Source of the DNA: Bacteroidota bacterium
Lineage (GTDB): Bacteria > Bacteroidota > Bacteroidia > B-17B0 > Aurantibacillaceae
Direction: 5' to 3'
Assembly: GCA_023251755.1 (NCBI GenBank)
Contig: JAHEYF010000057.1
Location: 1 to 29,697 of the forward strand
Length of the DNA stretch: 29,697 nucleotides
The notes under the pieces: generated by a model
Told to the model about the DNA's origin: nothing
The model's input: only the letters and a program-made list of their open reading frames with translations
Database searches by the model: none
Shown: positions 8,723 to 17,326 of the stretch, piece by piece
How the letters are laid out: each line of letters begins with the position of its first letter
How positions within the stretch are numbered: position 1 is the stretch's first letter
Made by a program: the position numbers and the translations under genes

Positions 8723-10069
8723 TTATATAATTTCAAAATAACGTTTCAGCTCCCAATCCGTAACCACTTTGCTAAACTGTCGCCATTCCCACTCACGTGT
8801 TTTTATAAAGTGTTCTGTAAATTTTTCACCAAACAGTTCTTTCGCTATATGCGATTGTTTCATGGCCTGGGTGGCTGTCCAGAGGTTAGCCGGGAACACA
8901 CCGTGTGAAGTATCGCGGTAACCACTACCCACTGTGGGCGCCTGCAATTTTAATTTATTTTTTATTCCAAACAAACCACTGGCGAGGCAGGCAGACATCG
9001 CTAAGTAAGGATTTGAATCGGAACCAACCACGCGCGTTTCTACCCTGGCCGATTTACTTCCCAGTGGCAAGGCCCGCAGGGCAACCGTTCTGTTGTCAAC
9101 CGCCCAGGTTGGTGTGGTAGGGGCCCATGCTCCTTCTACCAAACGCTTATATGAATTGACTGTTGGGGCATACAGGGGTAAAATAAAAGGCAGGCAATAC
9201 AACTGACCGGCTATATAACTCTTCAGCAAATCACTCATTTTGTTTTTGTCTTTTTCGGCATAAAATAAGTTGTTTTTGCTTTTTTTGTCCCATAAACTCT
9301 GGTGTACATGCCCGCTGCAGCCTGGCAGACTTTCGTTCCACTTGGCCATAAACGTAGCCATGATGCCCTGCTTGTAAGAAATCTCTTTTACCCCTGTTTT
9401 AAACAATACGGCCCGATCGGCAGCGGTCAGCACATCCGAATAAGTAATAGCGGCTTCATAAACACCGGGACCTGTTTCGGTGTGCAGGCCTTCGATGGGA
9501 ATATCGAATTTTTGCAACTGATCGAACAAAGCGGTAAAAAAATCATTGCCAAGCGTGGTTCTTAATATGGAATAACCAAACATGCCGGGACTTAAATGAG
9601 TAAGGTCTTTAAACTTTTTAGCATGCAGGCTTTGAGGTGTTTCCTGAAAATTAAACCATTCAAATTCCTGGCTGAAATAAGGGGAATAGCCAAGCGCCTC
9701 TGCTTTTCCCAACACCCCTTTCAACAGGTTTCTGGGGCAGATGTATGAAGGCTCACCAATTAATTCGCAAAGAAAAAAGGGCACATCATTCTCCCAGGGT
9801 ATTTTTCGGAAGGTTTTTAAATCAATGCGTGCCGGCATATCCGGATACCCACTGTGCCAGCCGGTAAACGCAACATTGTCGTAAGCAAGGTCACTTGAAT
9901 CCCAGCCAAAAACCACATCGCAAAAACCTACACTGCTGTGAGCAACAGATAAAAATTTATCCGCACTCATGTATTTTCCTCTTAAAACGCCATCCATATC
10001 GGTAAGGGCTATTTTTACTTTTCCCGAAGGATGGTTTTTAACATAATCAAGGATTTCTTTTTCAGTCAT
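8723..10069 (-). CDS. Glutamine-synthetase-family gamma-glutamyl-amine ligase (PuuA / GlnA4-like), not a canonical GlnA
   Basis: 448 aa. GS beta-grasp N-domain (KVKIALTDMDGVLRGKYMS) and catalytic domain. Its position between a permease and an Fe-ADH, and opposite PuuD-like and ALDH genes, argues for a gamma-glutamylating paralogue. Confidence 0.7.
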   Translation of the reverse strand: MTEKEILDYVKNHPSGKVKIALTDMDGVLRGKYMSADKFLSVAHSSVGFCDVVFGWDSSDLAYDNVAFTGWHSGYPDMPARIDLKTFRKIPWENDVPFFLCELIGEPSYICPRNLLKGVLGKAEALGYSPYFSQEFEWFNFQETPQSLHAKKFKDLTHLSPGMFGYSILRTTLGNDFFTALFDQLQKFDIPIEGLHTETGPGVYEAAITYSDVLTAADRAVLFKTGVKEISYKQGIMATFMAKWNESLPGCSGHVHQSLWDKKSKNNLFYAEKDKNKMSDLLKSYIAGQLYCLPFILPLYAPTVNSYKRLVEGAWAPTTPTWAVDNRTVALRALPLGSKSARVETRVVGSDSNPYLAMSACLASGLFGIKNKLKLQAPTVGSGYRDTSHGVFPANLWTATQAMKQSHIAKELFGEKFTEHFIKTREWEWRQFSKVVTDWELKRYFEII

Positions 10070-10077
10070 AGGATGAA

Positions 10078-10145
10078 TGTTAAGTTAAAAATTTAAAGTT
10101 AAAAGTTAAAAGCCAAAAGCATGATTACGGTTGCGATTAAATCCC
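10078..10145. repeat. Copy 1 of the repeat family AAGTTAAAAGTTAAAAGCCAAAAG...GATTACGG
   Basis: aagttaaaaatttaaagttaaaagttaaaagccaaaagcatgattacggttgcgattaaatcc. Related copies lie at 24419-24490 (same orientation) and 25649-25710 (reverse complement). Confidence 0.8.
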
Positions 10146-10237
10146 CGACTTTATATATAAAATTAAACGCGTAGCGAGAAATAAGTTAGTTGATGATACC
10201 GTTTAAAAAAACATATTGAAGATACTTAAAAAAATAA

Positions 10238-11590
10238 TTATTTTCTGTAAAATAGTTTAAAGCCCACAAATGAAATAAGGTGCAGGCCAAAATAAATTAA
10301 AGCCAGGTGAAAATAGTAAAAGGTCATGGTTACCAGGGATACCACTGCTATAATCAATGCCAAAACGGGGAAGAGCGGGTAGAAGGGTACTTTAAACGGG
10401 CGTTCCAGGTTGGGTTCTTTTTTACGAAGCACCATTAACGAAACCATTGACAATACATAAAGTGTTAATGCGCCAAATACAGCAATGGTGATAATTTCAC
10501 CGGTCTTTCCACTGAATAAAATAAGTATACCAATGAATGTATTTATTAATAAAGCATTGGCAGGTGTTTTAAACCGCGTATGCACCTTTCCGATAAAACC
10601 GGGGGCATAACCCACTCTTCCAAACTCGTATGTTGAGCGCCCTGCGGCCAGTATCAAACCATGAAAAGAAGCCACCAGGCCAAACAGGCCAATGGTAATC
10701 AACAGGTGAAAAAGAAGGCCCGAATCGCCGGTAACCCTGCCCATAGCTAAAGGCAGGGGAGAATCGGACACTTCGCCTTTTGAATTGAACACAATCGTTT
10801 CCCAACCCCCAACACCCACAGACGTTATAAATGTAAGTATACACAGCAGCACTAAGGTTACAATGGCCGAACCAAAACCTTTTAAAATATTTTTCTCAGG
10901 GTTCAGCGTTTCTTCCGCCACATTGGCAATTCCTTCTATTCCCAGAAAGAACCAGATAGCAAAAGGTATGGCGGCAAAAACTCCCGCCCATCCGTTTGGA
11001 AAGGAATTGTGCGTTAAATGCTGGATCTGAAAATGTGGAAGTGTGACCCCTGCAAACAACAACAATTCAACAACGGCAACAATGGTGATGATGAGTTCAA
11101 ATGCAGCAGCAGCTTTTACGCCGTATATGTTTAATGCAGTAAAAATAAGGTAAGCAACAATTGAAATCCAGAGTACGTCTATTTGTGGTATAAAAAGATT
11201 AAAATAAGCACCTATGGCAAAAGCTATTGCAGGCGGGGCAAAAATAAATTCTATGTTTTGCGCCATGCCGGCAATAAAGCCCACATCTTTTCCAAGGGCC
11301 CGTGAAGCGTAATCAAAAACGCCTCCGGCTTTGGGAATGCAACAGGCCAATTCGGAATACGAAAAACTGAAAGTAATGTACAATACAATAATGAAACAGG
11401 TTGCAATGGCAAAACCCAGGGTTCCGCCTTCTTTTAAGCCAAGGTTCCATCCGCAATACATCCCCGAAATAACGTAGCCCACACCCAGTCCCCACAACAT
11501 AACAGGGGTCAATGCTTTTTTTAATCCCGGTTCATTTTGATCTTGTCCCATTAAAAAATTTGTTGCGGCTTTTTTACGTGGAAGTACCAC
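10238..11590 (-). CDS. APC-superfamily permease, ethanolamine permease (Eat)-like
   Basis: 450 aa with about 12 predicted transmembrane helices. The N-terminal block LWGLGVGYVISGMYCGWNLGL...GTLGF resembles the Eat-family signature (LWGxxVGxVISGxYxGW). It lies upstream of the GS-like and Fe-ADH genes on the same strand. Confidence 0.65.
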   Translation of the reverse strand: MVLPRKKAATNFLMGQDQNEPGLKKALTPVMLWGLGVGYVISGMYCGWNLGLKEGGTLGFAIATCFIIVLYITFSFSYSELACCIPKAGGVFDYASRALGKDVGFIAGMAQNIEFIFAPPAIAFAIGAYFNLFIPQIDVLWISIVAYLIFTALNIYGVKAAAAFELIITIVAVVELLLFAGVTLPHFQIQHLTHNSFPNGWAGVFAAIPFAIWFFLGIEGIANVAEETLNPEKNILKGFGSAIVTLVLLCILTFITSVGVGGWETIVFNSKGEVSDSPLPLAMGRVTGDSGLLFHLLITIGLFGLVASFHGLILAAGRSTYEFGRVGYAPGFIGKVHTRFKTPANALLINTFIGILILFSGKTGEIITIAVFGALTLYVLSMVSLMVLRKKEPNLERPFKVPFYPLFPVLALIIAVVSLVTMTFYYFHLALIYFGLHLISFVGFKLFYRK

Positions 11591-11734
11591 GGTTGAATAC
11601 CTGCAAGTGAATTAATTTTAAAAGTAATAATTTAAAATTGAATGTGATGCAGCATACTATTGGGCAATTTATCATTAAACCCCGCGAATACCCGGCTCTG
11701 CTTTTTTTAATAACTTCGCAGCTAAAATAATTGT

Positions 11735-12589
11735 TTGGTTATGGTAGTTTCGGTAATTGGTTTGGGATTAATTGGAGGCTCAATGGCGCTTGACCTGAAA
11801 GAAAAAGGTTTTGCCAAAAAAATTATTGGTGTCGACCGTTCGGCAAGTAACGCAGAAGATGCATTAGCCTTAGGGATTGTGGATGAAATAAGTGATTTAA
11901 AAAATGCTGTTGAACAGGCCGATTTAGTTATTATCGCGGTACCTGTAAACGCCACCCTTCAATTGCTTCCGCAGGTACTTGATTGTATTCAAAAAGAAAC
12001 AGCCGTTACCGATGTGGGTTCCACCAAACAGGTTATTCTCAATTCGGTTCAGGCACATCCCATGCGCAAGTACTTTGTAGCTGCGCATCCCATGTCGGGT
12101 ACCGAAAACAGCGGACCTAAAGCTGCCATCCATAACCTCTTCAACAACAAAGTAGCCATCATCTGCGACCAGGAAAATTCATTGGACTGGGCTGTGGAGC
12201 GGGTAAAAAAAATGTACTCCGTTTTTAATTCACGCATCCTGTATATGGACGGTGCGGCGCACGACGAACACGTGGGTTATGTCTCTCACCTCTCGCATGT
12301 TATTTCTTATGCTTTAGCAGTTGCTGTTCTTGATAAAGAAAAAAGTACTTCTACTATTTTCGATCTGGCTGCTGGTGGTTTTGCTTCCACTGCACGCCTT
12401 GCCAAAAGTTCTGCCGAAATGTGGACCCCTATTTTCGAACAAAATGCAGGCAACGTTTTACCCATATTAGACATCTACATCAATAAACTGCAACAGTTTA
12501 AAACACATTTGCAAAATAAAGACTTCGAAAAAATAACGGAGTTTATACAGGAAGCGAATAAAATAAGACGGGTGTTGAATAAGGAATAG
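11735..12589 (+). CDS. tyrA: Prephenate dehydrogenase
   Basis: 284 aa. N-terminal Rossmann motif VIGLGLIGGSMALDL. Conserved catalytic His and size fit TyrA family. Confidence 0.8.
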   Translation: MVMVVSVIGLGLIGGSMALDLKEKGFAKKIIGVDRSASNAEDALALGIVDEISDLKNAVEQADLVIIAVPVNATLQLLPQVLDCIQKETAVTDVGSTKQVILNSVQAHPMRKYFVAAHPMSGTENSGPKAAIHNLFNNKVAIICDQENSLDWAVERVKKMYSVFNSRILYMDGAAHDEHVGYVSHLSHVISYALAVAVLDKEKSTSTIFDLAAGGFASTARLAKSSAEMWTPIFEQNAGNVLPILDIYINKLQQFKTHLQNKDFEKITEFIQEANKIRRVLNKE

Positions 12590-12630
12590 ATGTGAGATAT
12601 TAGTATTGAGATGTGAGATTTGTCTACGAA
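12588..12630. repeat. GTGAGATATTAGTATTGAGATGTGAGAT repeat directly after the tyrA stop
   Basis: atgtgagatattagtattgagatgtgagatttg. The same family occurs at 25561-25600 and, in reverse complement, at 748-813. Confidence 0.8.
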
Positions 12631-12633
12631 TTA

Positions 12634-12719
12634 CGAATCAATACGAATATACAAATCCGGGTGTGCTGTTGCTGTATAAAATTGCATTCGTATATTCTTA
12701 CAAAATTCGTATTTCGTAG
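12634..12719. repeat. Long imperfect palindrome (ctacgaattacgaat...attcgtatttcgtag) between convergent genes
   Basis: Arms of about 25 nt (ctacgaattacgaatcaatacgaatat and attcgtatattct...attcgtatttcgtag) flank a loop of about 35 nt. The family-c word tract follows at 12720-12765 and ends in a T5 run at the T9SS gene stop. Confidence 0.6.
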
Positions 12720-12765
12720 ATCAATTCGTAATCGTCAATCATACTTCGTAACTTGTAACTCGTAC
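12720..12765. repeat. TTCGTAATCGT / CGTACTTCGTA word repeat (family c), copy 1
   Basis: tcaattcgtaatcgtcaatcatacttcgtaacttgtaactcgtact. A second copy lies at 13618-13660 (gattcgtaattcgtcaatcgtacttcgtacttcccaattcgg). Confidence 0.7.
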
Positions 12766-12769
12766 TTTT

Positions 12770-13444
12770 TTACTGCTGTAGCTCTATCCTTTCCAGCCGG
12801 CGTTTTCCATTCACATTGATTTCAAGAAAATAAATTCCGCTGGCTTTTCCGGTTAAATCCAGTTGCAGGGCTTTAGCCGACAGTTCCTCCGTTTGCCTTG
12901 AATAAATAATCTCGCCAAGCAGGTTGTATAGTTTTAAGGCGATTGTTTTTCCTGCGAATGGTCCGCTTGCTGCAAGCTCTATTTTACCCTGTGTAGGATT
13001 GGGGCAAACTGTAATTGCTGTTTCCTCAATTTCTCTGATTCCGTCCGTTATACAGGGGTATGCGAGTGTACAAACCTCTGTGGTGGAAGTTCCGGTGTTA
13101 TAATACGAAAAATACATGGTGCCTGTAAAATTAGGATCAAAGGTAAATCCCGGGTTGAATTGCACGCTGTAGTTTTGGCTGTTGTTCCCCATCGCCAGAA
13201 AGGCAAACATACCTCCAAAGGCTGTCATTTGCCCATTGTTATCGGTGACATAGCTGATATAAGGGTATCCCACAAAATCAGTGTCGTTGCCGGCAACATG
13301 AATGGTTACATCCATATAACCCGCCGACATACCCTGCTGAATACCGGTAATACAAAACGATGAGCAGTCGATCTGGGAATGCATATTGAAGGAACCCAGC
13401 AATAGCGTTAATAACAAAAATGTTTTGGTAAGTGTGATTTTCAT
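12770..13444 (-). CDS. Small secreted protein with a T9SS C-terminal sorting domain
   Basis: 224 aa. Signal peptide MKITLTKTFLLLTLLLGSFNMHSQ. The C-terminus (VCPNPTQGKIEL...YNLLGEII...GIYFLEINVNGKRRLERIELQQ) matches the Por secretion CTD pattern. Confidence 0.7.
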   Translation of the reverse strand: MKITLTKTFLLLTLLLGSFNMHSQIDCSSFCITGIQQGMSAGYMDVTIHVAGNDTDFVGYPYISYVTDNNGQMTAFGGMFAFLAMGNNSQNYSVQFNPGFTFDPNFTGTMYFSYYNTGTSTTEVCTLAYPCITDGIREIEETAITVCPNPTQGKIELAASGPFAGKTIALKLYNLLGEIIYSRQTEELSAKALQLDLTGKASGIYFLEINVNGKRRLERIELQQ

Positions 13445-13617
13445 AATGATTTAGTTTTTAGAGTAAGGGGGGAATTGCAAAGATAGGCCACAAACAAGAA
13501 GGTGACTTATATAAAATAAGCAGGGCTTTGTACTTTTTTAGCGCAAATTAGTTCAAAGTTCTTAGTGGGGTTCAGGTGCCTTGAGGCGGGTAGAAGGTAT
13601 CAGGTAGCAGGTAACAA

Positions 13618-13660
13618 GATTCGTAATTCGTCAATCGTACTTCGTACTTCCCAATTCGGC
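13618..13660. repeat. Family c word repeat, copy 2, in the divergent promoter region
   Basis: See 12720-12765. It is preceded by an AGGTA-word tract (ggtagaaggtatcaggtagcaggtaacaag) like the linkers in the 516-745 array. Confidence 0.65.
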
Positions 13661-13706
13661 CCTGTTTTTGTAAACCCGCAAAATAGCTTAAATTTGCTAT
13701 TGGCTG

Positions 13707-16067
13707 ATGTTTTACCTTTCGCGACACATACTTTTTACCCTCTGCGGCTTCTGCCTCCTGTGCTTCAACGCACGGTCCCAAAGCGGAAATTATAAAAGTT
13801 TTGAAACTTACCTCGGCGATACCATTAACCGTGTGGATCTCAACAATGTGAAACAGGGAAGATGGGTGCTGTTTGGTAAAGATAAAAAAGGCATTAAAAA
13901 CCAGGTGCTTAAACACAACCAGATTGCCGAAGAGGGCATTTACCTGAACGGAAAAAAACAAGGGCTGTGGAAAACCTATCACTTTCAAACCAATAAACTG
14001 GGAAGCGAAATTACCTACAACAAAGATTACACCGAGGGCAAGGCAAAATTTTATACCGAAGAAGGCAAGCTGAAAGAAGAGTGTACACTTAAACACAACA
14101 AACGGATTGGAGAGTATTTTATATACGATGCCAAAGGGAACCAATTTAAAAAAACAGCCTGGCCCGCTAACATTCCTAAAAATTCCTACCTCGCTTTTAG
14201 CGGAACCGTTTTAAAAAATGGCAAAGCCTTCGATGGTGTTCGTCTCAGTGTATTGTGGAACGATCTGGTGGTAGAACAAATTGAATTACCCGAATCGGGC
14301 ACCTTTACTACTTTGTTGGAGCTAAACAACGAATACATCCTCCGCTTTTCACGGCCTGCGTATAGCACACAATCCTTGTTAATAAATACAACTGTTGTTA
14401 GCTTAAACGACAGCGCTGTATATGAACTAACAGGCTGGAAAGTGAACATGTATGAAAACTCCGCCGCTATGGCCACCAACGAATTGGTTGGTTTTTTACT
14501 CAACAAACCTTCGGACCGGATTTATTTTAACCCCAAGAAAAAAGTATTTATAGCCGATGGGGCTTACGCGAATTTGTTTAAAAAACAACTGAACGACATT
14601 AGTGAAACCACAAAAATATTATTGGCCGCCGCTGCAGAAGACAATAAAAAATTAGAGATAGAAAAACTGCGAATGGAGGCCGATAATAAAATAAAAGAAA
14701 TTGAATTGCTGCGGAAATCAAAGGAATTACAGGATGCAGAGCTGAACCGGAAGGAAATGGAAATAATGGCCCAGAAACTTGAAACCGATAAACAACAACA
14801 AAGCTTAGTGCTGCTTGAAAAGGAAAAACAAATTAAGGAACTGAAATTTAAACACCAGGAAGCGGCCCTGGTGCAGCAACAATTAGAAGCCGAACGCAAA
14901 GCCAGGGAAATAGAACGCCTGAACATGTCGAAGCAATTGCAGGAAATGGAATTGCTTTCAAAGGATAAAAAATTAGTAAAAGTGAATTCCCAACTCGATC
15001 AGCAAAAAATGGATGCTGCATTAAAAGCGAAAGAATACGATATACTGAACCGCGAAAAATTACTCAGTGAAAAAGAATTCAACCAGGAACTTGATAAAAG
15101 CAAAAGAGAACTTACTTATACCCTGCTTGGCCTGGTAGCGATCCTGGTGTTTTCTTTTTTCCTGTACCGCAATTATAGTTTAAAGAAAAAAGCCAACATC
15201 ACCCTGTCGAAACAGGCCGAAGAAATATCGCGGCAAAAAAATGAAATTGAAGAAAAGAGCCGGGTGATTGAAGAAAAAAATATTGAAACCAGCCAGAGTA
15301 TTACTTATGCCCAGCGCATACAACAGGCCATGCTGCCCCCGGCAGAAGCCATTAAAAAAATGTTTCAGCAAAGTTTTATTTTATACAAATCAAAAGACAT
15401 TGTAAGTGGTGATTTTTATTTTTTCGACCAGCCCGAATTGCCCGCGAAGGAAAACAGCACCGGTACCAACCCGGTTGTGCTGGCTGCGGTAGACTGTACC
15501 GGCCACGGAGTCCCCGGCGCCTTTATGAGTATGATAGGCTCTGAAAAATTACACAGCGCGGTTAAAAAAACAACGGAGCCTTCAGACATTTTGCGTGTGC
15601 TGAACAACGGGGTGAAAACCGCCCTGCGTCAATCGGAACACGATTCGTCTACCCGCGACGGCATGGACATAGCCCTGTGTACCTTTGACCCCGACAATAA
15701 CAAATTAGTCTACTCCGGCGCCAACCGCCCATTGTGGATAATCCCGCACCAACAAAAAGAAATTATTGAAGTAAAGGCCACTAAAAATTCAATTGCCGGT
15801 TTTACGGCTTACGACCATTGTTTTGAGCAGCATGAAATAAATTACAAGAGCGGTGATACTTTTTATTTTTTCACCGATGGGTATGCCGACCAGTTTGGCG
15901 GCACCAACAAAAAGAAATTAATGACCAAACGCTTCAAAGAAATCCTGCTCAGCATACAGGACCAGTCCATGACCCAACAAGGCGCTTACCTCGACAAATT
16001 TATTGAGGAATGGAAGGGAGACCAGGAACAGATTGATGATATACTTGTGATTGGGGTGAGGGTGTAG
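13707..16067 (+). CDS. Transmembrane SpoIIE/PP2C-family serine phosphatase with an extracytoplasmic sensor (signal peptide, MORN/YwqK-like repeats, CarbopepD_reg-like domain, long coiled coil, one TM helix) and a cytoplasmic PP2C domain
   Basis: 786 aa. MORN-like repeats (GRWVLFGKDKKG..., GIYLNGKKQGLWKTYH...). Heptad-rich segment of about 170 aa at roughly nt 14600-15100. Transmembrane helix LTYTLLGLVAILVFSFFLY. PP2C/SpoIIE motifs (SGDFYFF, DCTGHGVPGAFMSMIG, DGMDIALC, FYFFTDGYADQ). A candidate -7 box TAAATTTG lies at 13689-13696. Confidence 0.8.
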   Translation: MFYLSRHILFTLCGFCLLCFNARSQSGNYKSFETYLGDTINRVDLNNVKQGRWVLFGKDKKGIKNQVLKHNQIAEEGIYLNGKKQGLWKTYHFQTNKLGSEITYNKDYTEGKAKFYTEEGKLKEECTLKHNKRIGEYFIYDAKGNQFKKTAWPANIPKNSYLAFSGTVLKNGKAFDGVRLSVLWNDLVVEQIELPESGTFTTLLELNNEYILRFSRPAYSTQSLLINTTVVSLNDSAVYELTGWKVNMYENSAAMATNELVGFLLNKPSDRIYFNPKKKVFIADGAYANLFKKQLNDISETTKILLAAAAEDNKKLEIEKLRMEADNKIKEIELLRKSKELQDAELNRKEMEIMAQKLETDKQQQSLVLLEKEKQIKELKFKHQEAALVQQQLEAERKAREIERLNMSKQLQEMELLSKDKKLVKVNSQLDQQKMDAALKAKEYDILNREKLLSEKEFNQELDKSKRELTYTLLGLVAILVFSFFLYRNYSLKKKANITLSKQAEEISRQKNEIEEKSRVIEEKNIETSQSITYAQRIQQAMLPPAEAIKKMFQQSFILYKSKDIVSGDFYFFDQPELPAKENSTGTNPVVLAAVDCTGHGVPGAFMSMIGSEKLHSAVKKTTEPSDILRVLNNGVKTALRQSEHDSSTRDGMDIALCTFDPDNNKLVYSGANRPLWIIPHQQKEIIEVKATKNSIAGFTAYDHCFEQHEINYKSGDTFYFFTDGYADQFGGTNKKKLMTKRFKEILLSIQDQSMTQQGAYLDKFIEEWKGDQEQIDDILVIGVRV

Positions 16068-16274
16068 TTCAATGGTTTATTTGTTTGAAGGTCCCCACCT
16101 AACCCCGATAATTATCGGGAGCCTGCACCTTTTGACCATTTTCCCACAATAAAAATCATGGACTATTTCTGTAGTTCAATACCTGTTGTACCTTGTACGC
16201 TGTATTCAGACTGGTTGTGTATGGTGTTCAACACCCCTATTCCTTCGCCCCATTCGTCAATCCCCAAATTCAAC

Positions 16275-17039
16275 TTAAAAAAACGTATCATAAACCATCT
16301 TTGCAATAAAGCTGCAAATCACAATCAGAAAAGCCATGCGGATAAACCCGCTGCCTTTTTTTATAGCCATGTTGGCCCCCACCACCGAGCCTGCAATGTT
16401 ACAGACTGCAACGGGTATGGCTATTTTAAAGGCCACCTGTCCGTTGGAAATAAAAAAAACAAGTGCTGCAATATTGGTGCTTGAATTCACAATTTTAGCC
16501 GAAGCCGAAGCCTGCAAAAAATCGAAGCCGTATAAAAACACATAAATAAATACTAAGAAACTGCCGGTGCCCGGGCCAAAAAACCCGTCGTAAAAACCAA
16601 TCACAGCGCCGGCCAATAAAGCCATGCTTATTATTTTTTTGTTCGAATGTTGTTTGGGCTCCGCAAGGCCGAAGTCTTTTTTTATAAAAGTGTAAATGGC
16701 CACTCCACTAAACAATACAATAATTAAGGGCTTTAAGGTTTCTTTGTTTAAAGAGGAAACGGCTTTGGCGCCGGCGTAGGCAAAAGGCAAAGCAGTAAGA
16801 ATAGCAGGGATGACAGCGTACAAATTGATTTTGGTTTTCATGGAATACTTTACCGATGCCCAGGCGGTACCCATAAAGCCTGCAAATTTACTGGTACCGA
16901 ACACCGTTGGCAAATCGGCGCCGGGCATGTAAAACATAATGGCCGGCAATTGAATCAAGCCGCCACCGCCAATTACAGCGTCGATAAAACCTGCTGCAAA
17001 AGCAGCGAACAATAAAAGTATCAGGTCGAATGTCAGCAA
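16275..17039 (-). CDS. TauE/SafE (DUF81) family sulfite/anion exporter-like membrane protein
   Basis: 254 aa, about 8 transmembrane helices, with the hallmark motif AAGFIDAVIGGGGLIQLPAIMF. Confidence 0.8.
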   Translation of the reverse strand: MLTFDLILLLFAAFAAGFIDAVIGGGGLIQLPAIMFYMPGADLPTVFGTSKFAGFMGTAWASVKYSMKTKINLYAVIPAILTALPFAYAGAKAVSSLNKETLKPLIIVLFSGVAIYTFIKKDFGLAEPKQHSNKKIISMALLAGAVIGFYDGFFGPGTGSFLVFIYVFLYGFDFLQASASAKIVNSSTNIAALVFFISNGQVAFKIAIPVAVCNIAGSVVGANMAIKKGSGFIRMAFLIVICSFIAKMVYDTFF

Positions 17040-17044
17040 GATTT

Positions 17045-17125
17045 TAGTTCTATAGTTTTTTAGTTCAATCGTTTAATCGTTTAGGGCTGGTGAACAAATA
17101 AACGATTAAACAATTGAACTATCCT
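17045..17125. repeat. Palindromic repeat of the GAACAAATAAACGATTGAAC family (22-bp arms tagttcaatcgtttaatcgttta / taaacgattaaacaattgaacta)
   Basis: Near-perfect inverted arms around a 15-nt loop. Related copies lie at 27330-27400 and 28880-28970. Confidence 0.75.
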
Positions 17126-17130
17126 CATGT

Positions 17131-17326
17131 ACCTGTCTCCCCCATCAGCTAATCATCACATCAGCTAATCTGCTCATCATCAATACCTGCATGGTTTCAT
17201 TTACCTGTCTCCCCCATCAGCTAATCATCACATTAGCTAATCCTCAGCACCTATCAGGTTTACCTTACCTATCTCCCCATCTTCAAATCAACTCATCTTC
17301 AAATCCTCAAATCAATCAGCTAATCC
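17131..17326. repeat. Inverted-orientation array of the ATTAGCTGATG minisatellite (about 72-nt period, at least 2.5 units)
   Basis: acctgtctcccccatcagctaatcatcacatcagctaatc at 17131 and 17203 is the exact reverse complement of the consensus unit in 516-745. The array overlaps the flotillin stop codon at 17320-17322. Confidence 0.85.

Noticed and set aside
12613-12819. 68-aa ORF spanning the tyrA to T9SS intergenic repeat stack
   Set aside because: It is composed of repeat modules (CCCC run, palindrome) and overlaps the 3' end of the convergent T9SS gene. It has no coding signature.
516-17326. Composite transposon or genomic island bounded by the inverted ATTAGCTGATG arrays
   Set aside because: The intervening 16 kb carries core metabolic and housekeeping genes (ABC-F, tyrA, catabolic operons). 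It has no transposase, integrase or tRNA gene and no compositional shift. The inverted arrays are better explained as a dispersed intergenic repeat family.
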